Origin: Octopus vulgaris
Taxonomy: Eukaryota
Length of the DNA: 64,000 bases
Reading direction: 5' to 3'
Assembly (NCBI GenBank): GCA_951406725.2
Contig: OX597817.1
Coordinates: forward strand, 6,882,001 to 6,946,000
Within the stretch, counting starts at the first letter, position 1, and the number at the start of each line of letters is the position of its first letter. Under the pieces are notes generated by a model that saw only the letters and a list, made by a program, of their open reading frames with translations, searched no databases and was not told where the DNA came from. Below, one piece after another: positions 1 through 13,521 of the stretch. Made by a program: the position numbers and the translations under genes.

Positions 1-590
1 GAAAAATGGCAAACGGTGCCTTTCAGTGATGAATCTAAGTTTATGTTATTTGGCTCAGATGGGAAAAGGTACGTTCGTAAAAAAATAGGTGAAAAATTGT
101 CGCCTAAATGCCTTAAGACTAGTGTTAAATTCGGTGGAGGAAGTGTCATGGTATGGGGATGATATCTGGAGATGGTGTGAGACCTTTGGTGCGATTACAT
201 GGAAAGGTAAATGCAGGAGTTTATAAACAAATTTTAAAAGATCATGTCTTGCCTGTGGTGAGAAATTCAACTAAGCGACCACCCATATTCATGCAGGACA
301 ATGCCCCGTGTCACAAGGCTAAGGTGCTCATGAACTTCCTCAAGGCTGAAAAGGTCATTGTTATGGATTGGCCTGCTCAAAGCCCAGATCTCAATCCTAT
401 TGAAAATGTATGGAATATTCTAGGAGAACGTTCGAAAGCCAGAAATCCTAAAACAACTGAGCAGTTATGGAATGCCTTTCAGGAAGAATGGCATAAGATC
501 ACCCAGCAAGAAATTGAAAATTTAATTTCCTCATGCAGTCGAAGATGTCAAAGTGTGATTAAAGCTAAAAAGCTTCACACTAAATATTAA
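1..590 (+). pseudogene. Tc1 transposase catalytic domain, frameshifted
   Basis: All three DDE motifs are present; frame 1 stops at TGA 160-162, so a frameshift is needed to join the parts. Confidence 0.9.
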
Positions 591-862
591 ATAATTTCAG
601 TATTCTCTGTCATTTTTGATTATTTTGTTATTTCTTCAATCGTTCTGATCATTTTGGCCGCCATGGGTTTTGCAGTAAATCATTAAATCATCCATAACTT
701 TTGTATTATCCACTCAAATTACACCAAAATCTCAGGCAATAACAACTAATATTGTATTTATTATCTGTGAAAATTATAGAATATAAAACAACTTTCATAA
801 AAAATTATATCTACTTTTCTGACGAAAACAATGCCGTTCTGAACATTTTGGCCGCAACTGTA
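1..862 (+). mobile_element. Tc1 (DD34E) DNA transposon, 3' half with right terminus
   Basis: Frame 1 reads WQTVPFSDESKF...KFGGGSVM; a 1-nt frameshift near 157 leads into ORF 153-590 (FMQDNAPCH...WPAQSPDLNPIEN, 34 residues between D and E). The element ends GCAACTG|TA at about 860-862. Confidence 0.92.
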
Positions 863-1307
863 CATCTGATAATGTGCGAAGAATTGTGTTGGGAAAGGAT
901 ATCATTGACTAAATAATTTGAAGGCGGTACTCCAGCATGACCGCAGTCTAGAGCAATTTTAAAGCTTAATTCTATTAGATAGTGACTATTGCTTTTGCAC
1001 TACGTAATACATTTTAAATAATTTACTCGCTTTGCTGTTTCTTTCGTTTCGCTTTATTAGACTTTTTTACGAACGCGAACAAAAGCTATTTGTTTACATT
1101 TGGAATTCAAACGGACGTTGACTTTTAAAATAGGTGAGAATCTTGTAGTATTAAGCACTATGATTTATGTTTAATATACAAATAAAGGTTATAGTTTAAA
1201 TTTTTTTTAATATTCACTTATAATTTCTTCAAAGTAACATGACATTTTTTAATAACGTGAGGGGAAAATGGGCCCAGCTCTGCACTTCTTGAATCATTGT
1301 AATATAG

Positions 1308-1376
<69 letters not shown>
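1308..1376. repeat. (TAT)n microsatellite
   Basis: Pure trinucleotide run; explains the poly-Tyr ORF. Confidence 0.98.
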
Positions 1377-1494
1377 GCTTCACACATGGAATCCACATTC
1401 GAATCATCGCAGGTGAGTTTTCTCTAAATTGTTTGTCTTTTGCCGCTTTCGGCAGCTGAAATTGTAATTTCTGTTGGCTATACAGATCAGAAAA

Positions 1495-1830
1495 TCGGGG
1501 ATTTTACAGTCAACTTAAGAAAAACAAGCAGACAAGGGTCTGGTTACTGGAAGATGAACGGGTCCTTCGCAGGGTGGAAAGATTTCAGGGATCGAATTAT
1601 TAGACCACTTAAAGAGGAATTGACGGGAGCCATGAACAACAGGTCGTGGCTTTCCTTAAAAAGGAAAGTCAGAGGGGTGTCAGTTAGTTTTAGCAAAGAG
1701 ATTGCTTTATTAAACAACAGAATAGAAAATAAACTAGTTAGTAACTTCGAAGAGGCACTTAAAAGTGTGTTTGGGAATGACGAGTAACCGGCGAGAAAGG
1801 CACTCGACCAATTTTTCAACGTAAAACATG
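1495..1830 (+). mobile_element. Tx1/L1-like LINE ORF2 fragment (post-endonuclease region)
   Basis: GSGYWKMNGSF...W.SLK.K motif; resembles the same region of the 13522-14770 element. Confidence 0.65.
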
Positions 1831-1879
1831 AAGTTGATCGCTACTCCTCTAAGGAAGTACTAGCCGATGAGAGGAACTA

Positions 1880-2110
1880 AAATCAAGGAAAATCTGTGGA
1901 TTTTCAGCTTATCATCTGCTGATGCAGATCCATGCTTCCAAACAGCATCCCAGAGACAATGGATGGACAAACGTATTAAATAGTTCTGAGTGTAGTTTTG
2001 TCCAGATCTCCAGATAGAGGAGAATTTTGGTAAAAGTAATGATCTGTGTGGAAAGTCTTAATCCGAAATGATCCGAGAGAAGACTAATCAGTGACAGGTC
2101 AGGTCGAGGT
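1880..2110 (-). mobile_element. Highly decayed RTE-like RT C-terminal fragment
   Basis: Across frameshifts reads FTK.SSIWRS...TKL.LFNTFV...EAW, similar to the RTE thumb region. Confidence 0.4.
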
Positions 2111-2949
2111 AGCATCTGCTTATATCGCATCCTTCCTATATTATCACCTGACCGATGGACTTTGGCCTAGTCAAATTAGGGGATTTGCTCTTTTTGATTT
2201 TGTACATAGGATGTGTTCCACTAGTTACGTACTGACTCGCTGTTAACATTCGCTAGGTGGCGGACAGGTCGTGCCGCGTTTAATGATATGGAGGTATCTG
2301 CTGAGGCAATGACATCTTCTGCAATTTCTTGACTATGAGCAGATTTTGTTAACGTCTATCAGTTCATTTCTTTAATCGTAAATAAGGTTTCGTTGTTATT
2401 TCAATGGAAGGGAATAAGAGGCATACTTCATCATCGATTCCCTTTATTTCATGCATAGTGGTCAGTGTATTAAATATTTCATTACTTTCTTTTTATTTAT
2501 CGAGAGCTTCTAAAAGCAAATGATTGCTGGCTGCCTTTTCTATCATCGTCATTGACGGTATTGAATGAGAGAAGGTATTACACATGTGGACATTGTGGTT
2601 CTTGAAGTGTGAAAACCGATCTTACGTTAATGCTGATGTTTTAAAATAGAAGTATCATGTACCCAAATACTATGGCTCAGGATTAACTTCTCCGAATTAA
2701 ACAAAAAATATCATTATTTCATTCCATACTCGTATTGATCCTGTGATAATTCCTTGATATAGCCGGAAGTATTTGCAGTTATGATAGTTTTGATATTAAT
2801 TTTAACATTTTCTTTCTTTATTTTTATCTTTCATGTATGGTCTATGGTGGTAGCTTTAATAGAAATGCCTGCAGTGGTTTGTTGTAGTTCATCGAATAGA
2901 GAAATCAGATGTAATGTTATATCTTAGGGCGTTCCTTGTCCCTGTCAGT

Positions 2950-3141
2950 ACACTACACAGACACAAATACACACACACGCGCACGGACACATATACATGC
3001 ACACACATACACTCACACAGACACACAGACACAAATACACACACACGCGCACGGACACATACACATGCACACACATACACATACACTCACACAGACACAC
3101 ACAAACATATATTTATATATACGTTATATTTACGTGTATAT

Positions 3142-3174
<33 letters not shown>

Positions 3175-3205
3175 CACATTCAGGCATTGTTGTTGTTGTT
3201 GCTGC
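2950..3205. repeat. Compound (CA)n/(TA)n/(TTG)n microsatellite
   Basis: Direct inspection. Confidence 0.95.
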
Positions 3206-4384
3206 TGTTAGTCTTTGTCTGCAACCGAACCTTCGGGAAAAATATTGTCGACTGTCGACAGTCTCAGCAAAATCTTCTGATAACAATGTTGTCTGCAGTT
3301 GTCAGGTTTCTTCATTTGAAAGAACAAAGAAAATTTTGCTGATGGCATTGAGAAATGTCATGAATTCTGAGCAGCAACAGTCGAGAAAACGTTTCCGGGA
3401 ACCGATTTTGATTATTTAGCAAGTTCTCTCGGACAGCAAACCAAACCTGCATATACATCAGAATACATTAGAGAGGGTAGAAAGAGTAAGACAGAGAGCG
3501 CCAGTTAGAAAGACAGATGGAGAACCTACAGAGAAACGGTTTGACATAAACGGATGGATACACAATAAATATACGGATCAGGAGGTAGGAAATGAAAGAG
3601 AAACACATTAAGTAGTATAACACACTGTAAAAGATGTGATCACCTAACACTACCCAGCATCCCATCACGAAAGTACTTTTATGGCATGACCGTATATGTG
3701 CATATATATGTGCACATCTTCATATACATACATGCATAAAATCGTACAAGCGTATATAGATTTGTGATTTGTACGTTATGGTGCTCAACTTATATTGGTT
3801 AATACTTTAGAGCACCCCATGACTCTTGGCCCTTTTTATGATGATGTGAAGAAAAGTGTGAAAATTATTGTCACTTTGGGATTCTTTTGACATACCAAGT
3901 TCAAATACGTTACGGTGAAATACAAACATTGTTTATTTCAGAGTATCTATTCGATGACTAGACAATAATTGACATTGGCGAGTGGTTATGATCTAGAAGC
4001 AGTAGATAAGGGAGATAAATACAGTAAGTTCCGTCGAGTTAAATGTTTGCACAGTGGAAGATAACAGAGATGGGAGTTTGTGTGTCTACTAACATGTCAA
4101 CATCATTCAAAGATTTCGATCAAGTGCACATCCTTAAGTTATTTCTCTTACGTAGTACTTGCAGCGTTTTTGTTTTCTTAAACTTTATGTACCGCCAACG
4201 ACTCATATACAGAAAAATACCACACTCAGCGAACACATGTTAAAACTTTAAAATATCTCCGTTATAACAAGGCAATGCAAGTATTTCTGTACAACAGAGT
4301 TAAAGAGACTACATTCATGGGAAAATATCAATCGCGCCTTAATATGAACATATACTCAATTATGGAGACATCTTATATATATAT

Positions 4385-4625
4385 TTATTTCTTTACTGCC
4401 CACAAGGGGCTAAACATAGAGGGGACAAACATGGACAGACAAACGGATTAAGTCGATTATATCGACCCCAGTGCGTAACTGGTACTTTATTTATCGACCC
4501 CGAAAGGATGAAAGGCAAAGTCGACCTCGGCGGAATTTGAACTCAGAGCGTAACGGCAGACGAAATACGGCTACGCATTTCGCCCGGTGTGCTAACGTTT
4601 CTGCCAGCTCACAGCTCACCGCCTA
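4385..4625 (-). mobile_element. tRNA-derived SINE family B, full length
   Basis: Head GGCGGTGAGCTG...GAGTTCAAATTCC (B box), then GCCTTTCATCCTTTCGGGGTCGATAAA..AGTACCAG (Meta/MESC-like domain from memory). Homologous copies at 26830 and 43250. Confidence 0.85.
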
Positions 4626-4691
4626 AGAAAAATATATATATTACACACACAGACACACACATACACGCACACACACACATATATACATACA

Positions 4692-4738
<47 letters not shown>

Positions 4739-4739
4739 C

Positions 4740-6192
4740 AAAAGGATGCATTATAATACTATTCCGCATATAGGAAAACAGCCATACCATCATCCAAAGT
4801 ACCTCCATCATCAGCTGCCCCACGGATATCACTATAGTTTCAACACCTGGGCAATAACATTCAATCTGGCGATGTCAACAGCACTAATATAAGTGTTGCT
4901 TGTGAAGAAACAAACCAAAGGAACCGCAACTTTCATACACATTTACCCCTTGTACGACCGTATCGGTAAATGATTTCAATAAGTAAATTGCAGCCAACTC
5001 CTAAATATGTAAATAAACAGCGACCAATACTTTAAGTCATACAAAAATTATAATCCCTTCCATCCTCCATAGCATAATATAAACGTGAAAGCTTGATGAC
5101 CATATTCATTGAATCAATTAGTTTATAGGCAAGATTAAAAATTAACTTTAACAAAACTCCAACAAATAAACATATAAACCAATGTACATTTTATCGGTAT
5201 TAATAGTAACCTGCAACAACTAAGTTATATGCTAAATCGAGGCCGATATTTAAATCCATACAAATACTAATCCCACCATTCTTCCATAGTTACTACTATA
5301 ATAAAAGCTAAAGCTTTATATAAATATTTCCAAACCAAAACAAAAACAATTGAAATTAATTTAACTAATTATATAATATTTATGAGTGAAGTAGATTATT
5401 TCATCATTCAAAAGTTAATAATAAAACACTGCATACTCATTAATATATCACCACTACAAGCTATAATATTAAAGTACCAGTAATTATTAAACATTAATTT
5501 TATTAAATAAGAACTAATAAAATTACCTGTAATTAACTATTATTAAAAAAAAACTTACTATATTTAAAGCTAATTAAAACTATTTAAAAGATAATGAAAT
5601 ACAAGTTTTAGCACTTACATGTTTTATCAGACACGCAGTTCCAACACCAAGAATTAAAAGAACCAACTTAAATATTGATGACGTAGTACGTAATTACTAC
5701 TTCCTCGATTGTCTCAAACTATATTGGTGACGTAGTAAGCAAATAATTCGAATCGTAAACTTTCCAATTCATTACAAATATTTGCTAATTTGAGGACTAG
5801 ATATTACCCGATATTTATTTAAAATTTCAATTTCCCAACCTAAACAGCTATTAAAACTTTTAACCAATTTACTATAATTATACCGTTGCTTAACTAAGTA
5901 TTTAAACAATTTATTTATTCTTTCCAAAAATTTATCAGCATTATTAATAATAGCACTATATCTAATAATTTGCTCTGCAAAAACACCATCACAAATAAAA
6001 GGAACGATGGTATTGAAGCCATTTGGAAACCCAAATCTTCTGTTTTGTTATAAATGACAGTACATATTTCATTATTATCCTTAATTACTAGATTGGCATT
6101 TAAATAATTAATATTTCTTCTATTGTTACCATATCTGTTGGCTGACTAGGGTATATTTTTCTGTGTAAAATCTCAAGGAAATCATAATTAGG
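4740..6192 (-). mobile_element. Penelope-like element: 5'-truncated RT C-terminus ending without a C-terminal GIY-YIG, plus ~1 kb probable 3' pLTR region
   Basis: 6192 to 5772 across frameshifts: NYDFLEILH.KIYPS...INYLNANLVIKDNNEICTVIYNKTED.GFP...GVFAEQIIRYS...FLERINKLFKYLVKQRYNYSKLVKSF...SKYL*. This fits the PLE RT/thumb pattern (IYPSEL..YLDL..LYDKRDDF.F..GV..SQLIRY). The G/T-rich strand bias continues to 4740. Confidence 0.75.
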
Positions 6193-6875
6193 CAGTTGAG
6201 GATGGATGTTCTCCAGATGACCATCATGTTTTCCTTTTCTCTTATTCTGAAGGTACTCAGGATCCAGCCAGCCACCATTTTGTGTCCATCTTGGTAATGT
6301 GCACTTGTAAAGAATTATCATCATACATGTCGATACCAACGTCATGCACTGATTTAGCTTGAGGTATTTGTAATCGTCCCTGAGCCAGTGTACCCGGTAA
6401 GTTTTTTCCTTAAGTTTTGGGCGCTAGTAGCGCAGAGCTTGAAATTTTCAAACATTAAACTGCATATTATTGATGATTGCGCCACCTCCCCCTACAGGCG
6501 CTCAACATCGCTAGGGTACTTTATTTTCTGCGAGACTTCCGTATCTTCTGCGTAGCAAGCAAGTGCAGGTGGAAGTGTTATCTGGGCAGCTGATGGCATA
6601 TCTGATAGGACCACTATGAAAAGCAGCGGTCCTTAGACAGTGCCATGTGGACACCACTCAGTATTTGTGTTTACTTTGAGTTTGCTCCATTTGACAACAC
6701 TGCCCGTCTTCTAGCTTTCAGAAAGTCATGTAACCACTCTCCAAGTTTTTCAGATATGCCAATGTCACGACGATTCTGGCATATCATACCATAATCAAAT
6801 TTATCAAAAGCTTTTGCAAAGTCAAGACATATGAAGTCCATATCTGAGTTATCGAGTAACGGCCTGAACACTCAA
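6192..6875 (-). mobile_element. CR1-group LINE RT fragment, same family as 39385-40812
   Basis: DFAKAFDK.D.GMIC, GEWLHDFLK and AGWIL.TF motifs; collinear with the longer copy. Confidence 0.85.
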
Positions 6876-6949
6876 CTTATCTTTCATATGCAGTCTATTA
6901 AAACCACATCCCCTTAATAATATTACTTTAACCTAAAATACTAATATAA

Positions 6950-8545
<1,596 letters not shown>

Positions 8546-8550
8546 GTACT

Positions 8551-8660
8551 CAAAATAAGCAACAAGAATGACTCCGGTAATTTGGTACGATCGTTTTGTA
8601 CTACATGTAGTACGAAACGATCGTACCAAATTACCGGAGTCATTCTTGTTGTTTATTTTG
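8551..8660. repeat. Near-perfect 110-bp palindrome
   Basis: CAAAATAAGCAACAAGAATGACTCCGGTAATTTGGTACGATCGTTT.GTACTAC-AT followed by its reverse complement, with about 2 mismatches. Confidence 0.95.
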
Positions 8661-8778
8661 ATTATAATCACCCCAAGAATTTTTATGGATAATACCATAC
8701 AGAATTCTGGTGCATCTAAATTAAGTACCATATTTATTTGAATCAAAATATATGTGTGTGTGTGTCTGTGTGTGTATG

Positions 8779-8849
<71 letters not shown>

Positions 8850-9213
8850 AATATCTGTGTGTGTGTATGTGTGTTAGTGTATTCCTCATTTATATCTCTT
8901 TTCATTCCTACAAAACTGCAATAACCCTAAGCTAAATAGATTATTTAAATTCCACTATTATTTCTCTTTTGATAATTTTCTCTTTCCTCTGTTTATACTT
9001 ATCTAAAAGAATAATATAATACACCAAAGAATAAGAATAATAATTGATTCCGTTGTATGCATATATATATATATATATGTATATATGTAAATATATATAT
9101 ATAAATGTAGGGATATGTATTTATGTATATTTAAGTATATGTATGTATATGTTTACAATGTGTATATATTTATGTATTTATATTTATAACTTAACCATAT
9201 GAACTCTCTAAAA

Positions 9214-9336
9214 TCTCTGACGAAACCCAGAGGCATACTCAAGTACCTTAATTTTATCGACCAAACAGTTCAGTTCACTGAAGGGATTGGAAGTAAAGTG
9301 GGGTACTATGACCTCATGGCTGAAACAGCTGTAAGA
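9214..9336 (+). ncRNA. Type I hammerhead motif with ~100-nt stem II and palindromic stem III
   Basis: TCT-CTGACGA (9217-9223)...GAAAC-AGCT-GTA-AGA (9322-9336). Stem II pairings include CC/GG, GAGG/CCTC, CATA/TATG and AGTACC/GGTACT. Confidence 0.7.
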
Positions 9337-9528
9337 AACTATTCTGCTTTCTATACTCTACGTTATATATTTTAATCATTACTGGTATTTTTATATATGT
9401 AAAGCATAATCTGTTATACATATAAGTATTTTGTTATAATTTTTTTTTAACTAAATAAGTAGACATAATATAATGTCTAAATTTGCTGAATACTACCCCT
9501 TGATCTCAGCCCTTTTCTTATTACCGTA

Positions 9529-9573
<45 letters not shown>

Positions 9574-9590
9574 CTCTATATATAGATATA

Positions 9591-10003
9591 GGTGCAGGAG
9601 TGGCTGTGTGATAAATACCTTGTTTACCAACCACACGATTCCGTGTTCAGTCCCACTGCATGGCACCTTGGGCAAGTGTCTTCTGCTATAGCCTCGGGCC
9701 GGCCAAAGCCTTGTGAACGGATTTCGTGGACGGAATCTGAAAGAAGCCAGTCGTATATATGTATATTTATATATATATATGCGTGTGTGTGTTTGTGTGT
9801 CTGTGTTTGTCCGCCCTAGCTTCGCTTGACAACCGATGCTGGTGTGTTTATGTCCCCGTTGCTTAGCGTTTCGGCGAAAGAGACCGATAGAATAAGTATT
9901 GGGCTTACAAAAGAATAAGTTCCGGGGTCGAGTTGCTCGATTAAAGGCGGTGCTCCAGCATGGCCGCAGTCAAATGACTGAAACAAGTAAAAGAGATAAA
10001 AGA
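9591..10003 (+). mobile_element. SINE family A (tRNA-like head, internal TA/TG microsatellite, CR1-like tail)
   Basis: GGTGCAGGAGTGGCTGTGTG...CCTTGGGCAAGTG...CAGCATGGCCGCAGTCAAATGACTGAAACAAGTAAAAGA; many copies in the window. Confidence 0.92.
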
Positions 10004-10522
10004 GATATATACATACATACACACAATCATACATATACTTATCGTTTAGATTTGCCTTTTCAGTAAGAATATGGAGTGTGTTATTGATGTGAGGGTACAT
10101 ATCTGCATATGTGTATGTGGTTGAGCGTCTGAGGATAAGTATAATTATAAACACACAGGCAATTACATATAACTGAATACAAACAGATATATAACTGGAT
10201 AGATAGAGAATGCATAGACGGGAAAAATCAAAGAGAAGTTTACAAAGGTATCTAAAGAATGAATATTGGAAGATAAAAGAACGAAGAAAATAGAGAGATT
10301 TGAGGAACATCTGATAGATAAAAGAAAGAAACGGACGGAGAGAATGATGAGATTAACGTAAATAATTAGAAGCAAGCAGAAATAACTCAATAATGGTCGT
10401 AATTCCAGATAGTATGTCGTTATTCATTGGAAGATAGAAGAAACAATGGCGTTACTATGGGGAAGACGTGCAAGAGAAATGAAACACAAGAAAGGCAGCA
10501 GCAAGTAAACATAGATAAATAA

Positions 10523-10616
<94 letters not shown>

Positions 10617-10634
10617 AACGAATGAATGTATGCA

Positions 10635-10681
<47 letters not shown>

Positions 10682-11047
10682 ATGTGAGTATGTATGTACT
10701 TATCTGTGTGTGTTCGTGTGTGTGGATAAAGAGATAGAATGGAATATAGGGCAGGAATATATATAAAAAAATGTAGAATACGCAGACAAAGAAAAAGTAT
10801 GATTTGATGTCATAGCATATTCTGTACGTTTGTTCTTTCATTCTGTCTTTATATTTCATATTTTACACCACACAACCTTTTATCTCGTTTTCTCTTTCTT
10901 TGAATAAATAAGGCGAATGGAAGATAAAAGAAATAAACAGCGTAAAAGTAAAATTCTTTTCAATCAACCAAATGATTAACGGTAATATGTTGACGTATTA
11001 TTCATGGGAATCATATATATATATATATATACACACAATTCCCATGA

Positions 11048-11124
<77 letters not shown>

Positions 11125-11126
<2 letters not shown>

Positions 11127-11218
11127 CGCAGGCGTGGCTCTGTTGTAGGAGATTTCCTCCTCAAGCACATGATACTGAATTCAATCTCACTGCTTGGTAC
11201 TACCCTCGGGCCGACCGA
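11125..11218 (+). mobile_element. SINE family A, diverged 5' fragment
   Basis: Head similarity only. Confidence 0.65.
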
Positions 11219-12038
11219 AGTCATCTTAGTATTTAAGAGTCCCATACCCTCAAGTTGAGCATTTTTATTCACTCCTGGAAGAATACATTAATTATTTTAG
11301 CCTGGCTGTGTTTGTAGACAGTTGAAAAGAATACTTGCAACAGAAAGAAAATTAAATAATTATAGCATTGTATTTGTGAGTATGCATGCATACACAACCA
11401 CACATATCAAACAGAAATATGTGTCTATATTACTTAGTTCTATTTTACAAACCTGCAAGGACTTTTAATATTATATTTGTACCTCCGGCGTATGCAGTCC
11501 TCTGATGTGCTCCAATACTTCTTTTTATTCAAAAATACTCAACAGAACGCAACCTGGTTCAGTAAATTTTTGCTTCATGATGGAGAGAGAGAGAACTCAA
11601 GCAAAGAAAATGTAAGTCGATGGTATATTAGCAAGAAAATTTATTTCGAAATGTCCAATAAGATATGTGTTTGAATAAGGGTTTAGAATCAAGCAGTTTC
11701 AAAATCAATATTAACTTATATACCTAAACTCCAGCAGGAAAGGAAAAGATAAAACTGAAGTCAGATTATATGGTTGAAGCACCGTTCTCACTGAAATTTC
11801 TCGTGATTAACAAGTATAGACTTTCTTAGCGGCAATTGTAAAACACTTTCCTATAAACCACAAATGTGACGATTTTTTAACATCCATATCTTATAAGTTA
11901 TTTACTGCTCCCCTTTATAATTTTAAAGCGCATAGAAACATTGCTAAATGTTGAAATAATATATCTGACAATACCAATTCAAAAATATGTGAGTTAGGAG
12001 TTTTCCCAGACACACCGTACTCCGGAGAAGAATAAACA

Positions 12039-12468
12039 GGAACAGGCGTGGCTGTGTGGTCAGAAGCTTGCTTCCCAACTACATAGTTCCGGGTTCAGTT
12101 TCACTGCGTAACATTTTGGGCAAGTGTCTTCTACAATAGCGGCTGACCAAAGCCTTCTGTGAGGGACTGGTAGACGGGAGCTGAAAGAAGCCCGTAGCAA
12201 GTGTATGTGTGTGCGTGCATGCGTCCGTCTGTGTAGATATTTCTGTTTACGCCTGTCTGTATGACTGTGTTTGTACCCCTATCACCGCTTGACAAAGGCT
12301 GTTTGTGTTTCTGTCCCCTTTATTATAAGTTCAGTAAAAGTAACCGATAGAATAAGTACTAAGCTTTAACAAGAAGTTCTGGGGTAGATTTGTTAAATAA
12401 AAATAAATCCTCAAGGTGGTTCTCCGGCATGGCCGCGGTCAAATGACTGAAACAAGTAAAAGAATAAA
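12039..12468 (+). mobile_element. SINE family A, older diverged copy
   Basis: Collinear from head to tail with the other copies. Confidence 0.85.
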
Positions 12469-12527
12469 ACAAGCTATATTACCTGGACGAATGAATGATA
12501 AATACACACGACACCTTTATGATTAAA

Positions 12528-12892
12528 GACGCAGGCTTGACAGTGTGGTAAGATACTTACTTTCAAACACGTGATTCAGGATTCAGTTTCAATGCGTGCA
12601 ACCTTGAGCAAGTGTCTTCTAGTATAGGCCCGGGCTGACCAAATTGAATTTGGTAGACTGAGACTAAAGGCAGCCCATTGTATGTGTGTGTTTGCGTGTG
12701 TGTGTGTATTTGTGTGTGTATGAACTTTGTGTCTGTGTTTGTCTCCCCATAACTTAACGGTTCAGCAAAAGAAACCGATAGAATAAGTACCAGACTTGAA
12801 AAAAATAGTGGAGTCAATTCGACTAAAGATACTTCAGGGAGGTGTCCCAGCATGGCCGCAGTCTAATGACTGAAACAATGAAATATAAAAGA
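12528..12892 (+). mobile_element. SINE family A, older copy with deletions
   Basis: Head, ACCGATAGAATAAGTAC core and tail are all recognisable. Confidence 0.82.
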
Positions 12893-13521
12893 TACATCTT
12901 TGTTCTTAAATACTGGTGAACGATTTCACAAAACTGTGAAATTATACAAGGCAACCGGAAGCCAGAAAGAGCTTCAGGGTAAAAAGAATGTATCGAGAAG
13001 ACCAAGTGTATATATAGAAAAGATTACAAATCAATTGATCTTTGTACTACCAAGAAAATGTTTATATTCATGAAGAAACACATCAAAGAATTACCGAAGT
13101 TTGTCTGTCTGTCTCTCAATCTATCTGTATGTATGTGTGTGTGTTTGTGTGCGTGTATACGTGCGTTTGTCTTAGTGTCTATTTAACTATTAGCCTACAA
13201 TGGTTGCTCTCATTCTTCTTCTAAAGCATTCCACCATCCAAATATTGCTCTTTGGAATCTCCATTTCTCACAATGAGGTTGGATTATACGATTGCTGGTA
13301 GCCATGTTTAATTCATGGAGAGAAAATTACCATATAGATAAGTTAACATTTCGTTTTACTAACATTACTTTTTCCTACATTTATTCCACATTTCTGAGGT
13401 TGGATTGCTCATCTCACATTTACGAGGGCCTACGTCAATATACCTCACGAGCCCGTGTAAAAGAGAAATATAAGGAAAATAAGAAGGAAGAAACTGCAAC
13501 CCACTGATGTCAATGTAAGAA

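Noticed and set aside
4740-6100. Possible NUMT or endogenous RNA-virus fragment (strong A/C versus G/T strand skew)
   Set aside because: No mitochondrial or viral motifs were found; the translatable part matches a Penelope-like RT.
11480-12030. Possible TIR pair (CTCCGGCGTA / TACTCCGGAG)
   Set aside because: The match is short and imperfect, with no TSD or coding signal.
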